Below are positions 31,046 through 40,226 of a stretch of 64,000 nucleotides of DNA, piece after piece. The position numbers were made by a program, and so were the translations under genes. Each line of letters starts with the position of its first letter. Within the stretch, counting starts at the first letter, position 1. This stretch comes from Polyangiales bacterium (GTDB taxonomy: Bacteria > Myxococcota_A > Polyangia > Polyangiales > Polyangiaceae): positions 256,001-320,000 of the forward strand of contig JBBRLQ010000005.1 in NCBI GenBank assembly GCA_038231275.1, written 5' to 3'. A model generated the notes under the pieces. It had not been told where the DNA came from and ran no database searches. It saw only the letters and a list, made by a program, of their open reading frames with translations.

Positions 31046-32662
31046 TCAGCGACGTCGCGGCGCGTTCGCCAACATCTCCGGTGTGTCGACGTCGAGGTGG
31101 ACCGCAGCGTCGTCAACGGTCACGGTTCGCACTGCGCCGGCGTGGCTCTCCAGGAGCTCGCGCGCGCCTACGTCGCCGCCGAGCTTGCGCATCTCACCGA
31201 AATGGCGCGAGGACCAGAGCACGGGGTGGCCGCGCTTGCGCTCATGGACCGGCACGCAGATCGTGTACGGGCCCGCCGGATCGAACGCGTCGATCAGCGC
31301 GTCCACGTGCTCGGCGCGGATCCAGGGCATGTCACCGAGGGCGACGAGCACGCCGTCGACGTCGCCTTCGAGAGCCGTGACGCCCGCGCGGAGCGACGTG
31401 CCGAGGCCCTCCTCGTACGCCGCGTTCTCGACGAAGCGCACGGCGAGTCCTTCGAGCGCCGCGCGGACGAGCTCCGCTTGGTGCCCCACGACCACGAAGA
31501 TCGGACCCGCCTTGGACGCGAGGAACGTCTCCACGACCTGGCGTACGATCGGTGCGCCGTCGAGCTCGGCGAGCAGCTTGTTGGGCCCGCCCATGCGGCG
31601 CGACATGCCGGCGGCGAGGACGAGCGCCGCGACACGCGACGACCGTGGAAGGCTCTCCGCGCGACGTGGCGACGGACGACCGGAGACCTCGGCGAGCAAA
31701 CCTCCCGCGCCGAGCCGCGTCAGGTCGCCGCGCGTGACGGTGAGGCTCGCCGCCAGCCGTCGGAGGATCCAATCGAACCCCGAGTGCTGAAGCGAGCGCG
31801 CGCATCCGGGGACGCCGACGATGGGCGTCGCCCCTTTGCGCCCGAGGAGCAGGAGATTTCCGGGATCGACCGGCATGCCGAGGTGCTCGACGACGCCGCC
31901 GATTCGCTCGATCGCGGCGGGCACCACGTCTCTCCTATCCACGATCGCGGAGGCTCCGAGGACCAGGACGAGGTCGAGCCCCTCGGCCACGAGAGCGTCG
32001 ATGGCGCTGGCCACCGCACCTGCCTCGTGTGGCACCCGGATCTCTCGCGCGAGCTCGCCGTCGAGGTACGCCATCCGGAGCCGCTGGTTCTCTGCGGCGC
32101 GGGCGAGTGGTGCTTCGTGGGTGCCTGGCAGCATCGTGAGCACCAGGCCCGCGCGCTTCTTGGCGAACGGCGCGGTCGCGAGGAGCTGCGTTTCGCCGCC
32201 TGCAGCTGCGCACGCGCGCGCGACGATCTCTCCGGGAACGGCGAACGGGATGATCTTCACGGTGGCGACCATCGCGCCGATCTCGACGACGTCGTACGGC
32301 GCCACAGTCGCCACGGTGATCGCTTCGTCCACGCCGTTCAGCGCGTCGAGCCGATCACGCGACACGACGAAGACGCCGCGCGTCGTCGCGAAGACGTTCG
32401 CGCGACCGGTCGTCGCGGGCGCGACCGTGAGGTGCGGCCCCGCGATCACTTCTGCGACGCGCCGCGCGGCCTCGTCCTCGCCCAGATCTCCCGCGTCGAG
32501 GCGTACGCCGGCGACGCGCGTGATCCCGGCGGCGACCAGCGCACGCGTGTCCTCTTCGGTCACGACGTGGCCCTTCTTGAGGACGAGACCTCCACCGACG
32601 CGATGGCTGTGCGCGAGAATGGCGCCGGTCGCGTCCGGTGCCGCGAGCTCCTCGAACCTCAT
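31046..32662 (-). CDS. Molybdopterin-binding domain::MocA-type nucleotidyltransferase fusion
   Basis: TGRAN, KIIPFA, GMPVDPGNL, PGCARS, then LAAGMSRRMG.NKLL, LGDMP, RGHPVL, GDVGAR, DVDT. Confidence 0.88.
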   Translation of the reverse strand: MRFEELAAPDATGAILAHSHRVGGGLVLKKGHVVTEEDTRALVAAGITRVAGVRLDAGDLGEDEAARRVAEVIAGPHLTVAPATTGRANVFATTRGVFVVSRDRLDALNGVDEAITVATVAPYDVVEIGAMVATVKIIPFAVPGEIVARACAAAGGETQLLATAPFAKKRAGLVLTMLPGTHEAPLARAAENQRLRMAYLDGELAREIRVPHEAGAVASAIDALVAEGLDLVLVLGASAIVDRRDVVPAAIERIGGVVEHLGMPVDPGNLLLLGRKGATPIVGVPGCARSLQHSGFDWILRRLAASLTVTRGDLTRLGAGGLLAEVSGRPSPRRAESLPRSSRVAALVLAAGMSRRMGGPNKLLAELDGAPIVRQVVETFLASKAGPIFVVVGHQAELVRAALEGLAVRFVENAAYEEGLGTSLRAGVTALEGDVDGVLVALGDMPWIRAEHVDALIDAFDPAGPYTICVPVHERKRGHPVLWSSRHFGEMRKLGGDVGARELLESHAGAVRTVTVDDAAVHLDVDTPEMLANAPRRR

Positions 32663-33675
32663 GAGGCCGCGGAGCTCGGTCCGCGCCGCAGCGCCTCCGT
32701 CATCTGCGCCATGATCGAGACCGCGATCTCGGCGGGCGATCGCGCGCCGATCGCGAGCCCGACCGGGCCGCGGATCCGGGCGAGCGCATCTGGAGCGAAG
32801 CCGCGCGCGGCGAGCCGGTGGAGGCGAGCGGCGTGCGTCTTGGTGCTGCCCAGCGCGCCGACGTAGAACGCCTCGCTGCGGAGCGCGGCCTCGAGCGCCG
32901 GATCGTCGATCTTCGGATCGTGCGTAAGCGCGACGATCGCGGTCCGTCGGCCGATCGTCATCCCCCCGAGCACCTCGTCCGGCCAATCGGTGGCGACTGT
33001 GACGCCTGGCCAGCGCTCCTTGCGCGCGAACGCTTCGCGGGGGTCGATGAGTGTGACGGCGTAGCCGAGCAGCGATGCGATTCGGGAGAGCGGCTCGGCG
33101 ATGTGCACGGCGCCGACGATCACGAGCGCGAGCTTCGGGTTCACGGCGCGGACGAAGACGGTGCCTGCGGCCGTCTCCACGCTCATGGCGTCATCCGTCA
33201 GCAGCGCGCGCTCTGCGGCGGCGTGAAGCGAGGCGTCGAGAGAGGCGGCGCCGGGGCTCCACGTCGAAGAGGCGCGGCCGTCGAGCGGGGTCAGCACGGC
33301 GATCGCGCGCTGCGCCTCCTTCGCGGCGCGGATCGCTTCGAGCACGGCGCGATCGAGCACCGGCTCCACGAAGATGCGCACCGTGCCCCCGCACGCGAGT
33401 CCCACCTCCCAGGCCTGCTCGTTCGACACGCCGAACTCGAGCAGACGATGCGCGCGGGCGTCCATCGCCGCGTGGGCCGCCTCGACGACCTTCGCTTCGA
33501 CGCAGCCGCCCGACACCGAGCCGAAGAAGAGGCCATCGTCCCTCACCACGAGCTGCGCGCCACGCGGCCTTGGCGACGATCCCCACGTGTCCACCACGGT
33601 AGCCACTGCGACGCGCCGACCTTCGTCGAGCCACTCGAGCGCCTTGTCGATCGGGTCGTCGTCTCCCACGGCCAT
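32659..33675 (-). CDS. xdhC: XdhC/CoxI family Moco chaperone
   Basis: TWGSSPRP, GSVSGGCVE, GLACGG, THDPKID, YVGALGS, GPVGLAIGA..PAEIAVSI. Confidence 0.92.
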   Translation of the reverse strand: MAVGDDDPIDKALEWLDEGRRVAVATVVDTWGSSPRPRGAQLVVRDDGLFFGSVSGGCVEAKVVEAAHAAMDARAHRLLEFGVSNEQAWEVGLACGGTVRIFVEPVLDRAVLEAIRAAKEAQRAIAVLTPLDGRASSTWSPGAASLDASLHAAAERALLTDDAMSVETAAGTVFVRAVNPKLALVIVGAVHIAEPLSRIASLLGYAVTLIDPREAFARKERWPGVTVATDWPDEVLGGMTIGRRTAIVALTHDPKIDDPALEAALRSEAFYVGALGSTKTHAARLHRLAARGFAPDALARIRGPVGLAIGARSPAEIAVSIMAQMTEALRRGPSSAAS

Positions 33676-33706
33676 CGTGCGGGAAAGGTAAGGCACCGCG
33701 TGACCC

Positions 33707-34975
33707 TTGCAAAGCGCGTACACTGTCGGCGCCGTGGCCGCCTCCGCCCTCCTTCATCAGGACGTGCTCGAGCTTCGTCGGGAATTTCCCGCGTTTTCGA
33801 AGCCGGTTCACGGCACGCCGCTCGTGTACCTCGACAGCGCGAGCACCTCGCAGAAGCCGCGCGCCGTGATCGACACCCTTACCCGCGCGACCGAGTCGAG
33901 CGCGAACATCCACCGCGGCGTGCACGTCCTCAGCGTCGAGGCCACCGCGGCGTACGAAGGGGTCCGCACGAAGGCCGCCGCGCTCCTGGGGGCCGCGCGC
34001 CCGCAGGAGATCGTCTTCGTCCGCGGGACCACCGAGGCCATCAACCTCGTCGCGCAGACATACGGCCGGAAGAACGTCGGCCTCGGCGACGAGATCGTGG
34101 TCACCGAGCTCGAGCACCATTCCAACATCGTTCCCTGGCAGATGCTCTGTCACGAGAGGGGCGCGCACCTTCGCGTCTTGCCGATCGACGCGCGCGGCGA
34201 GGTCGCCCTCGATCGCTTGGACGAGCTCCTCGGCGCGCGCACGCGCATCGTCGCGATCGCGCACGTCTCCAACAGCCTCGGCACCGTCCTTCCCGTGGCC
34301 GAGATCGCTCGTCGAGCGAGGGCGGCGGGGGCCGTTACGGTCGTCGACGGGGCGCAGGCCGTCGCTCACCTCCCGGTCGACGTCGGCGCGCTGGGCTGCG
34401 ACTTTTACGCGTTCTCCGGCCACAAGCTCTACGGCCCGACGGGCAGCGGCGTCTTGTGGGGGCGCGGCGCGCTGCTCGAGGCGATGCCGCCGTGGCAAGG
34501 CGGAGGGGACATGATCCGCTCGGTGACCTTCGCCGAAACGACGTACGCCGACGTCCCGCACCGCTTCGAGGCAGGCACACCGGACATCGCGGCCGTGATC
34601 GGCCTGGGCGCCGCGATCGATTGGATCCGCGCGATCGGCATCGATCGGATCGCCGCTCGTGAAGCGGAGATGCTTGCGTACGTTACGCGCGTCGTGTTGG
34701 GCGTGGCGGACGTCCGACTCGTCGGCACCGCGCGCGACAAGCGCGCGATCGTCTCGTTCAACGTGGGGGACCTCCACCCGCACGACGTCGGCAGCGCGCT
34801 CGATCTCGACGGCATCGCCGTTCGCACGGGGCACCACTGCACGCAGCCGGTGATGGACCACTTCGGCATCGACGCCACGGTCCGCGCCTCGCTGGGGATT
34901 TACACGACCGAGGAGGAGCTCGACGCTCTCGGCGCCGGACTGGTCCGTGCGCGCGCGCTCCTGGGGTCGAGGTGA
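33707..34975 (+). CDS. sufS: Cysteine desulfurase, SufS (group II) type
   Basis: YLDSASTSQKP, EHHSN, FSGHKLYGPTG, RTGHHCTQP. The start may be GTG 33734. Confidence 0.93.
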   Translation: MQSAYTVGAVAASALLHQDVLELRREFPAFSKPVHGTPLVYLDSASTSQKPRAVIDTLTRATESSANIHRGVHVLSVEATAAYEGVRTKAAALLGAARPQEIVFVRGTTEAINLVAQTYGRKNVGLGDEIVVTELEHHSNIVPWQMLCHERGAHLRVLPIDARGEVALDRLDELLGARTRIVAIAHVSNSLGTVLPVAEIARRARAAGAVTVVDGAQAVAHLPVDVGALGCDFYAFSGHKLYGPTGSGVLWGRGALLEAMPPWQGGGDMIRSVTFAETTYADVPHRFEAGTPDIAAVIGLGAAIDWIRAIGIDRIAAREAEMLAYVTRVVLGVADVRLVGTARDKRAIVSFNVGDLHPHDVGSALDLDGIAVRTGHHCTQPVMDHFGIDATVRASLGIYTTEEELDALGAGLVRARALLGSR

Positions 34976-34979
34976 CCGG

Positions 34980-35441
34980 GTGACGGCGCGGGACGACAAG
35001 GCGCGGCACCTCGAGACCCTCGCGCGGCACGCCAACGCGTCGGGAAACGAAGGGCCGCTCCCTGGAGCGACGCACGAATCGACAGAGAAGAACCCCCTGT
35101 GTGGCGATCGCGTCACCGTGCGCCTGCGTGTGGAGGGCGGCGTCATTCGCGAAGCGCGCTTCGAGGCGCGCGGATGCATGATCGCGCGTGCGTCGTCTTC
35201 GCTCATGACGGCGAACATCGTCGGGCGTGGGATCGACGAGGCGCTCCTGCTCGTCGGCACGCTCGACGCGCTCGTCGGCGACGATCCGCCCCCCGTCGAT
35301 GTCGGAGCTCTCGAGCCACTCCGGGGTGCGCGGGATTTCCAGGCTCGGCGCGGTTGTGTGACGCTGCCATGGCGCGCGCTCGAGGCCGCGCTCGGACGGC
35401 CGAGCGGACCTGGCAAGGGTGAAGCTCTGCGGTATAGATAG
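34980..35441 (+). CDS. sufU: SufU/NifU-type sulfur transfer protein
   Basis: NPLCGD, GCMIARAS, RRGCVTLPW. Confidence 0.88.
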   Translation: MTARDDKARHLETLARHANASGNEGPLPGATHESTEKNPLCGDRVTVRLRVEGGVIREARFEARGCMIARASSSLMTANIVGRGIDEALLLVGTLDALVGDDPPPVDVGALEPLRGARDFQARRGCVTLPWRALEAALGRPSGPGKGEALRYR

Positions 35442-35445
35442 GTCT

Positions 35446-36276
35446 GTGGGCGAGCCCGAAGAGGAAGCAAACGCACACGCGCTGTACCACAAGGGAGCGG
35501 CGGCGTGGCCGGAGCTCTCGCTCACGGAATCGGCGTTCGTTTCGCATCTTCGCGCGCTCTCGGGCGCACGCAATCCCGGGTTGCGCGTGCCGCGTCACCC
35601 GGGCGACCTCTATCTCGCGTGTGCGTGCGCGCAGGGCATGGTTCCCGCGCTGCGCGCATTCGAAGCGTGCGTCGGACCCGAGATCGACGCGAGCCTTCGC
35701 CGTTTCGCCTCGGATCCCGACACACGCGGGGAGCTGCGCCAACGCGTGCGCGCCTTGCTGTTCGCACATCCCGGCGGCGGCAAGATCGCGAAGTATGCGG
35801 GTACGAGCCCACTCGCATACTGGGCGAGGCTCGTCGCGATTCGGACGGCGCGAAACTATTTCCGCAGCGGAGGCGACCGAGGACCGATCTCCGATCGCAT
35901 GGTAGAGGCCGATGCGATCGCCGCGCGCGACGTGGAGGGAGCGGTGATGAAGGCCGAGCTGCTCCCCCTCTTCAAGTCCGCCTTCGCGACAGCGTGGGGG
36001 GCGCTCGAGCCGCGCGAGCGGACGCTTCTCCGCTGGTCGATCGTCGACGGCCTCTCGATCGACGCCCTCGCGCAGCTCCTTCACGTGCATCGCGCGACGG
36101 CGGCGCGGCGTGTCGCCATCGTTCGCGAACGCCTGTCGACGCTCACGCGCGAACAAATCCGGATGTGCGCCGGATTCTCGCAAGAAGAATACGAGAGCGC
36201 GCTCCATCTGATCGAGAGTCAACTGGAGGTCAGCGTGAGTCGAATCTTCGGCGGCGGCGAAGCCGATGCCGGCTGA
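35446..36276 (+). CDS. ECF-like sigma-70 factor, Myxococcales type
   Basis: DLYLACACA, KIAKYAG..PL..W, DGLSIDALA..VHRATAAR, SQLEVSVSR. Overlaps the kinase start. Confidence 0.8.
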   Translation: MGEPEEEANAHALYHKGAAAWPELSLTESAFVSHLRALSGARNPGLRVPRHPGDLYLACACAQGMVPALRAFEACVGPEIDASLRRFASDPDTRGELRQRVRALLFAHPGGGKIAKYAGTSPLAYWARLVAIRTARNYFRSGGDRGPISDRMVEADAIAARDVEGAVMKAELLPLFKSAFATAWGALEPRERTLLRWSIVDGLSIDALAQLLHVHRATAARRVAIVRERLSTLTREQIRMCAGFSQEEYESALHLIESQLEVSVSRIFGGGEADAG

Positions 36277-39004
36277 AGGAGACGCGCGAGAGGACTGCCC
36301 GAGCGAAAACGCGCTTACCGCGATCGTGAGCTCGCGCGCATCGGCCGCCGACGCGGAACGAGTCTTCGCGCACCTCGACGTATGCTCCGATTGCCGCCGG
36401 CTCGCCGCGGACATGGCGCGCCTCTCGCGGATCGGTGACGCGTCGGGTGCGGTCGCCGGCGCCGTCGGAGCGACCACCCCTGCGCTTCACGCCGGCGACG
36501 TCGTTGGGCGCTACGTCGTCCTCCAGCGCGTGGGGGAAGGAGGCATGGGCGTCGTGTACGCGGCGTACGATCCTGAGCTCGATCGCAAGGTCGCACTGAA
36601 GATCGTGCGACCCGGGAAGAAACTGCCGAAGGAGCTCGACCCGGCACGCGAAGCGCGGACGCTGGCGCGTGTGTCGCACCCGAACGTCGTCGCAGTTTAC
36701 GACGTTGGCCTCTACGACGACAGACTCTACGTCGTGATGCAGTTCGTTGCAGGCGTCACGCTCCGACGGTGGTTGGAAGATCAGCCGCGCGCGACGAGCG
36801 AGGTCCTCGGGGTGCTGCGCGACGCAGGTACGGGGCTCGCTGCGGCTCATCGCGCGCAAATCGTTCACCGCGACGTGAAGCCGGAGAACGTCATGATCGA
36901 CGCCGATGGGCGGGCGCGCGTCGCGGATTTTGGATTGGCGCAAGACGTCGCTCCCGAAGGCGATGCCACGCCGAGCGCGATCGCCGGCACGCGGCGCTAC
37001 ATGTCTCCGGAGCAGCGCAAAGGCGACGCGCTCGATGCGCGCACCGATCAGTTCTCGTTCGCCGTGATGGCGCGCGAAGTGCTCGGCGAGCGCGTGCTCC
37101 CGCGGACGCTCGCTGCCGCGCTTTACCGCGCCGCCGCGCAGGACCCCGACCAACGCTTCGAATCGATGGAGGCGCTGCTTGCCGCGATCACCCCACCGGC
37201 GCCGCGCGTCACCCCGCGAGCCGCCGCTCTCGTCGTCGCGGTCGTCGTGATCGCCTCGGTCGTCGTCGCGCTCTTCGAGCAACGGCGCTCCGCGGCGCTC
37301 GCCGTTTGCAGCGGCGCGGACGCGAAGCTCACCGGGACCTGGAGCGCCGAGCGGCGCGACGCCGTTGCCCGTGCATTCGCGGCAGCCAACGTCGCCTACG
37401 GCGAGGATTCCTGGCGAACGGTTCAGGGCATGCTCGACGCGCAGGCCGCGGCGTGGACGCAGGCGTACACGGCGTCATGCAAGGCGACGCGCATTCAAAA
37501 AGTGCAGTCCGAGACGGTGATGGACCAGCAGATGGCGTGCCTCGAGAGCCGCCGCCTGGAGCTCGCGGCCCTGGTGAGCGAGCTCGCGCATCCTACCGAG
37601 GCGACCATCGCGGGGTCCGTGAGCGCGGCAGGGGCGCTGGCGACCGTCGCGAGCTGCAGCGATCCACGCACGATGCGCGCCCGTCGTCGCTACCTCGACC
37701 CCGACGTCGACGCCAAGGCCGGTGCCCTCGAGGCGCAGGTCATGACGGCCAAGGTCAAGCAGGCCGTCGGCGACTTCGCGGGAGCGCTCATGGTCGCGAA
37801 CGCAGCGACGGCGACCGCGCGAGAGCTCGGGGAGCGGCGGCTGGCGGCGCAGTCGATCCTCGTCACGGCGGAGGTCGAGTTTCGCCGCGGCAGCCTCGCC
37901 GTCGCCAAGGCATCCGCGCAGGAGGCGGTGTGGATCGCCGAGGCAAACGCCGACGACGATCTCGTCGCCGAAGCGTGGTTGAGCCTCTATGGCATCGCGC
38001 TGCACGGTTCTTCCGCCGCCGAGGTAGCGGCCAGCGAGCGGCACTCCAAGGCAACGCTCGAGCGCCTCGGTGCGCCGCCCAAAGAGCGCGCGTACCTCTC
38101 GTGCTTGAGAGGCCAGCAGGCCTTCCTGACCGCCGACTATGGGCTCGCGACGACGAGTGCACACGACGGACTGCAAATCTTGACGGCGCTGGCCGACGAC
38201 ACACGCAGGGAAACGGCGCTCTGCGAGTCCGTCCTCGGCTGGACGACGTCGAGGCAAGAGTTGCCCGAGGACGCGCGCCGCCACTTCAGCGCTGCGCTCG
38301 CCGCCATCGAGTCGCTCAACGGGCCCAAGCACCCTGTCTTTGGGGACCTCGTGTATGCCCTCGCCACCGTCGACGCGGATCTGGGCGACCTCCCCGCTGC
38401 GCGCGCCGGTGCGAGACGCGCGGCAGCGGTCTACCAGGCGGCCGGCGCATACAAGGGAAACAAGGTCCTCTGCGTCGAGAACCTCCGCGCGTTCGTCGAG
38501 TCACGCGCCGGCGACGTCGACGAGGCCGTGGTTCACGCGTCGGCGGCGCTCGAGCGCACGCGCGCAGACCTCGGCGATTCCAACGATACGGTCGTGGCCT
38601 ACTGGAATTTCGGTGACCTCCTCGTGCGAGGGCGGCGCCGTTACACGGAGGCGCGTGACGCCTTCAACTCCGGGCTCGCGATGATGGACCGCATGGGCAT
38701 GGACAATCCCGAGTACCGGGTGGGGATGCAAGCGGGTCTGGGCCGAATCGACGTCGAGACGGCACGACCGGCGCAGGCGCTTGCGCGGCTGGAGGCCGCG
38801 GTTGCGCGCTACGAAAAAGGAGACCTACTCCCGAGCCGTCGCGCGCTGGCGCGCCTCGCGCTGGCACGCGCGCTCGCGGCATTGCACGAGAACGCGCGCG
38901 TGCATGGGCTCGTGAGTGGAGTCCGTGAAACGCTCGAGAAGGGCCAGGAGATGTACCGTGCCGATCTCGACGCGCTCGACGCGATCCTCGCCGGCTCCAA
39001 GTAG
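36266..39004 (+). CDS. Membrane Ser/Thr protein kinase with N-terminal HxxxCxxC motif and C-terminal TPRs
   Basis: HLDVCSDC, GEGGMG, VALK, HRDVKPEN, DFG, YMSPE, one TM helix, TPR-like C-terminus. Confidence 0.92.
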   Translation: MPAEGDAREDCPSENALTAIVSSRASAADAERVFAHLDVCSDCRRLAADMARLSRIGDASGAVAGAVGATTPALHAGDVVGRYVVLQRVGEGGMGVVYAAYDPELDRKVALKIVRPGKKLPKELDPAREARTLARVSHPNVVAVYDVGLYDDRLYVVMQFVAGVTLRRWLEDQPRATSEVLGVLRDAGTGLAAAHRAQIVHRDVKPENVMIDADGRARVADFGLAQDVAPEGDATPSAIAGTRRYMSPEQRKGDALDARTDQFSFAVMAREVLGERVLPRTLAAALYRAAAQDPDQRFESMEALLAAITPPAPRVTPRAAALVVAVVVIASVVVALFEQRRSAALAVCSGADAKLTGTWSAERRDAVARAFAAANVAYGEDSWRTVQGMLDAQAAAWTQAYTASCKATRIQKVQSETVMDQQMACLESRRLELAALVSELAHPTEATIAGSVSAAGALATVASCSDPRTMRARRRYLDPDVDAKAGALEAQVMTAKVKQAVGDFAGALMVANAATATARELGERRLAAQSILVTAEVEFRRGSLAVAKASAQEAVWIAEANADDDLVAEAWLSLYGIALHGSSAAEVAASERHSKATLERLGAPPKERAYLSCLRGQQAFLTADYGLATTSAHDGLQILTALADDTRRETALCESVLGWTTSRQELPEDARRHFSAALAAIESLNGPKHPVFGDLVYALATVDADLGDLPAARAGARRAAAVYQAAGAYKGNKVLCVENLRAFVESRAGDVDEAVVHASAALERTRADLGDSNDTVVAYWNFGDLLVRGRRRYTEARDAFNSGLAMMDRMGMDNPEYRVGMQAGLGRIDVETARPAQALARLEAAVARYEKGDLLPSRRALARLALARALAALHENARVHGLVSGVRETLEKGQEMYRADLDALDAILAGSK

Positions 39005-39033
39005 CGAACCGGCGAGGCCACCTCCACCCCGCA

Positions 39034-39465
39034 TCAGCAGGAGTTGCAGCTCGTGGGCAGCGCGGGGGCTCCACCGAGCACGAGCCCCACGCAATTGACC
39101 GTCTTCATGTCGTTCAGGCACGTGTTGACTTGAGCCTGCGAGCACGCGCTGACTTTGCCGTTGGCGGACGCCGGCGCGGGGTTCGCCGTGACGCACTGGC
39201 TCACCCCGTTCGGGAACGCGGTCGAGAAGGCGCCGGCGCCGCCGGTGCCGGCGTCCGGATCGCCGGCATCGCTGCTGCCCGTGTCGGGGAAGCACGCCTG
39301 CAAGCGTGAGCAATACGCGTTCATGAACTGATTCCACGTGTCCGTCGCGCTCGGATTGGAGGAGCAGCCGACTGCGATCGTGACGGCGGCTGCGACGAGA
39401 GATGTCGTGAAGACAGTGCGAGAGACTCTGGTCTTCGATGCGCGGCTAGGAAGCTGAAAATTCAT
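39034..39465 (-). CDS. Cys-rich lipoprotein
   Basis: Lipobox AVGC, multiple paired Cys. Confidence 0.65.
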   Translation of the reverse strand: MNFQLPSRASKTRVSRTVFTTSLVAAAVTIAVGCSSNPSATDTWNQFMNAYCSRLQACFPDTGSSDAGDPDAGTGGAGAFSTAFPNGVSQCVTANPAPASANGKVSACSQAQVNTCLNDMKTVNCVGLVLGGAPALPTSCNSC

Positions 39466-39559
39466 GGGAGAAGTCCTTGTCAGAAGGGCACCCACGGCGT
39501 CAGGCCGTGAGTGCCGGAAGGTGGGGTCTGGTTTTTCTCGCGACGCCCGTGCAGGCGAA

Positions 39560-39663
39560 CCGCCGCCGGAGAGCTCGCGCGCCGAAGCGCGCTCCGCGTG
39601 GCCAGGCGAATGCGCCCTCACGAGGAAGCCACGCGAAGCCGGCGACCGAGCCTCCGGCGGCGG
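39560..39663. other. Multi-stem palindromic intergenic element
   Basis: Outer CCGCCGCCGGAG/CTCCGGCGGCGG, inner GCGCGC-CGAA-GCGCGC and CGCGTGGC/GCCACGCG. Confidence 0.5.
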
Positions 39664-39683
39664 CCCGCCGGCGCGCGCAGCAG

Positions 39684-40070
39684 CTAGCGGTACACTACGC
39701 AGGTCGCGCGGTAGCCTTTCAGTGTGTCGGTGCTTCCGTTTCCGTCGTAAGTCGATCCCACGACGGCGTTGTTCTGACCGTTCACGATGAGGGCGTCGCA
39801 GCCACGATCTCCCGCCTCCTTTCGGAGCTTGGTCATGATCGCGTTCGTGTTGTCGACGCTGTAGACGCTCGATTGCTGCGCTTCGAGCACCGCCACCTCT
39901 ACGAAGGCCTTGGTCGGCTTGCTGGCGTTGAACACTTCGACCTGCTCGGGGGCGCGCGCCACCATCGGGCGAGGCGGCGTGTTCGTCGGCGAATAGTCGA
40001 CCTTCGTACCGCACGCTGCAGCGAGCAAGGTCAAAAAGAAGATGGGGGATCTCTGTAGAACGGGGTTCAT
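39684..40070 (-). CDS. Small lipoprotein (YbjQ/RcsF-like fold possible)
   Basis: GAGG RBS, lipobox AAAC, LRKEAGDRGCDALIV, ATCVVY. Confidence 0.7.
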   Translation of the reverse strand: MNPVLQRSPIFFLTLLAAACGTKVDYSPTNTPPRPMVARAPEQVEVFNASKPTKAFVEVAVLEAQQSSVYSVDNTNAIMTKLRKEAGDRGCDALIVNGQNNAVVGSTYDGNGSTDTLKGYRATCVVYR

Positions 40071-40226
40071 GGGGTCCTCGCGGCTGGATGGGGCCGTGCG
40101 GCCCTTCGAGACCACTCGAAATGGGCGAGCTCACGGCCAAGACGATGGAACGCGCGCTCCGCGATGCCACCGTCCACGCCGACAAACACGGCGTGCGCGC
40201 CGATGTCGCGCCACGCGTCGTCTTTT

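Noticed and set aside
39330..39345. parS-like TTCCACGTG core
   Set aside because: The right half does not complete the 16-bp palindrome, and it lies within a CDS.
39466..39683. c-di-GMP-I, cobalamin or Moco riboswitch
   Set aside because: The characteristic conserved motifs were not found on either strand by eye.
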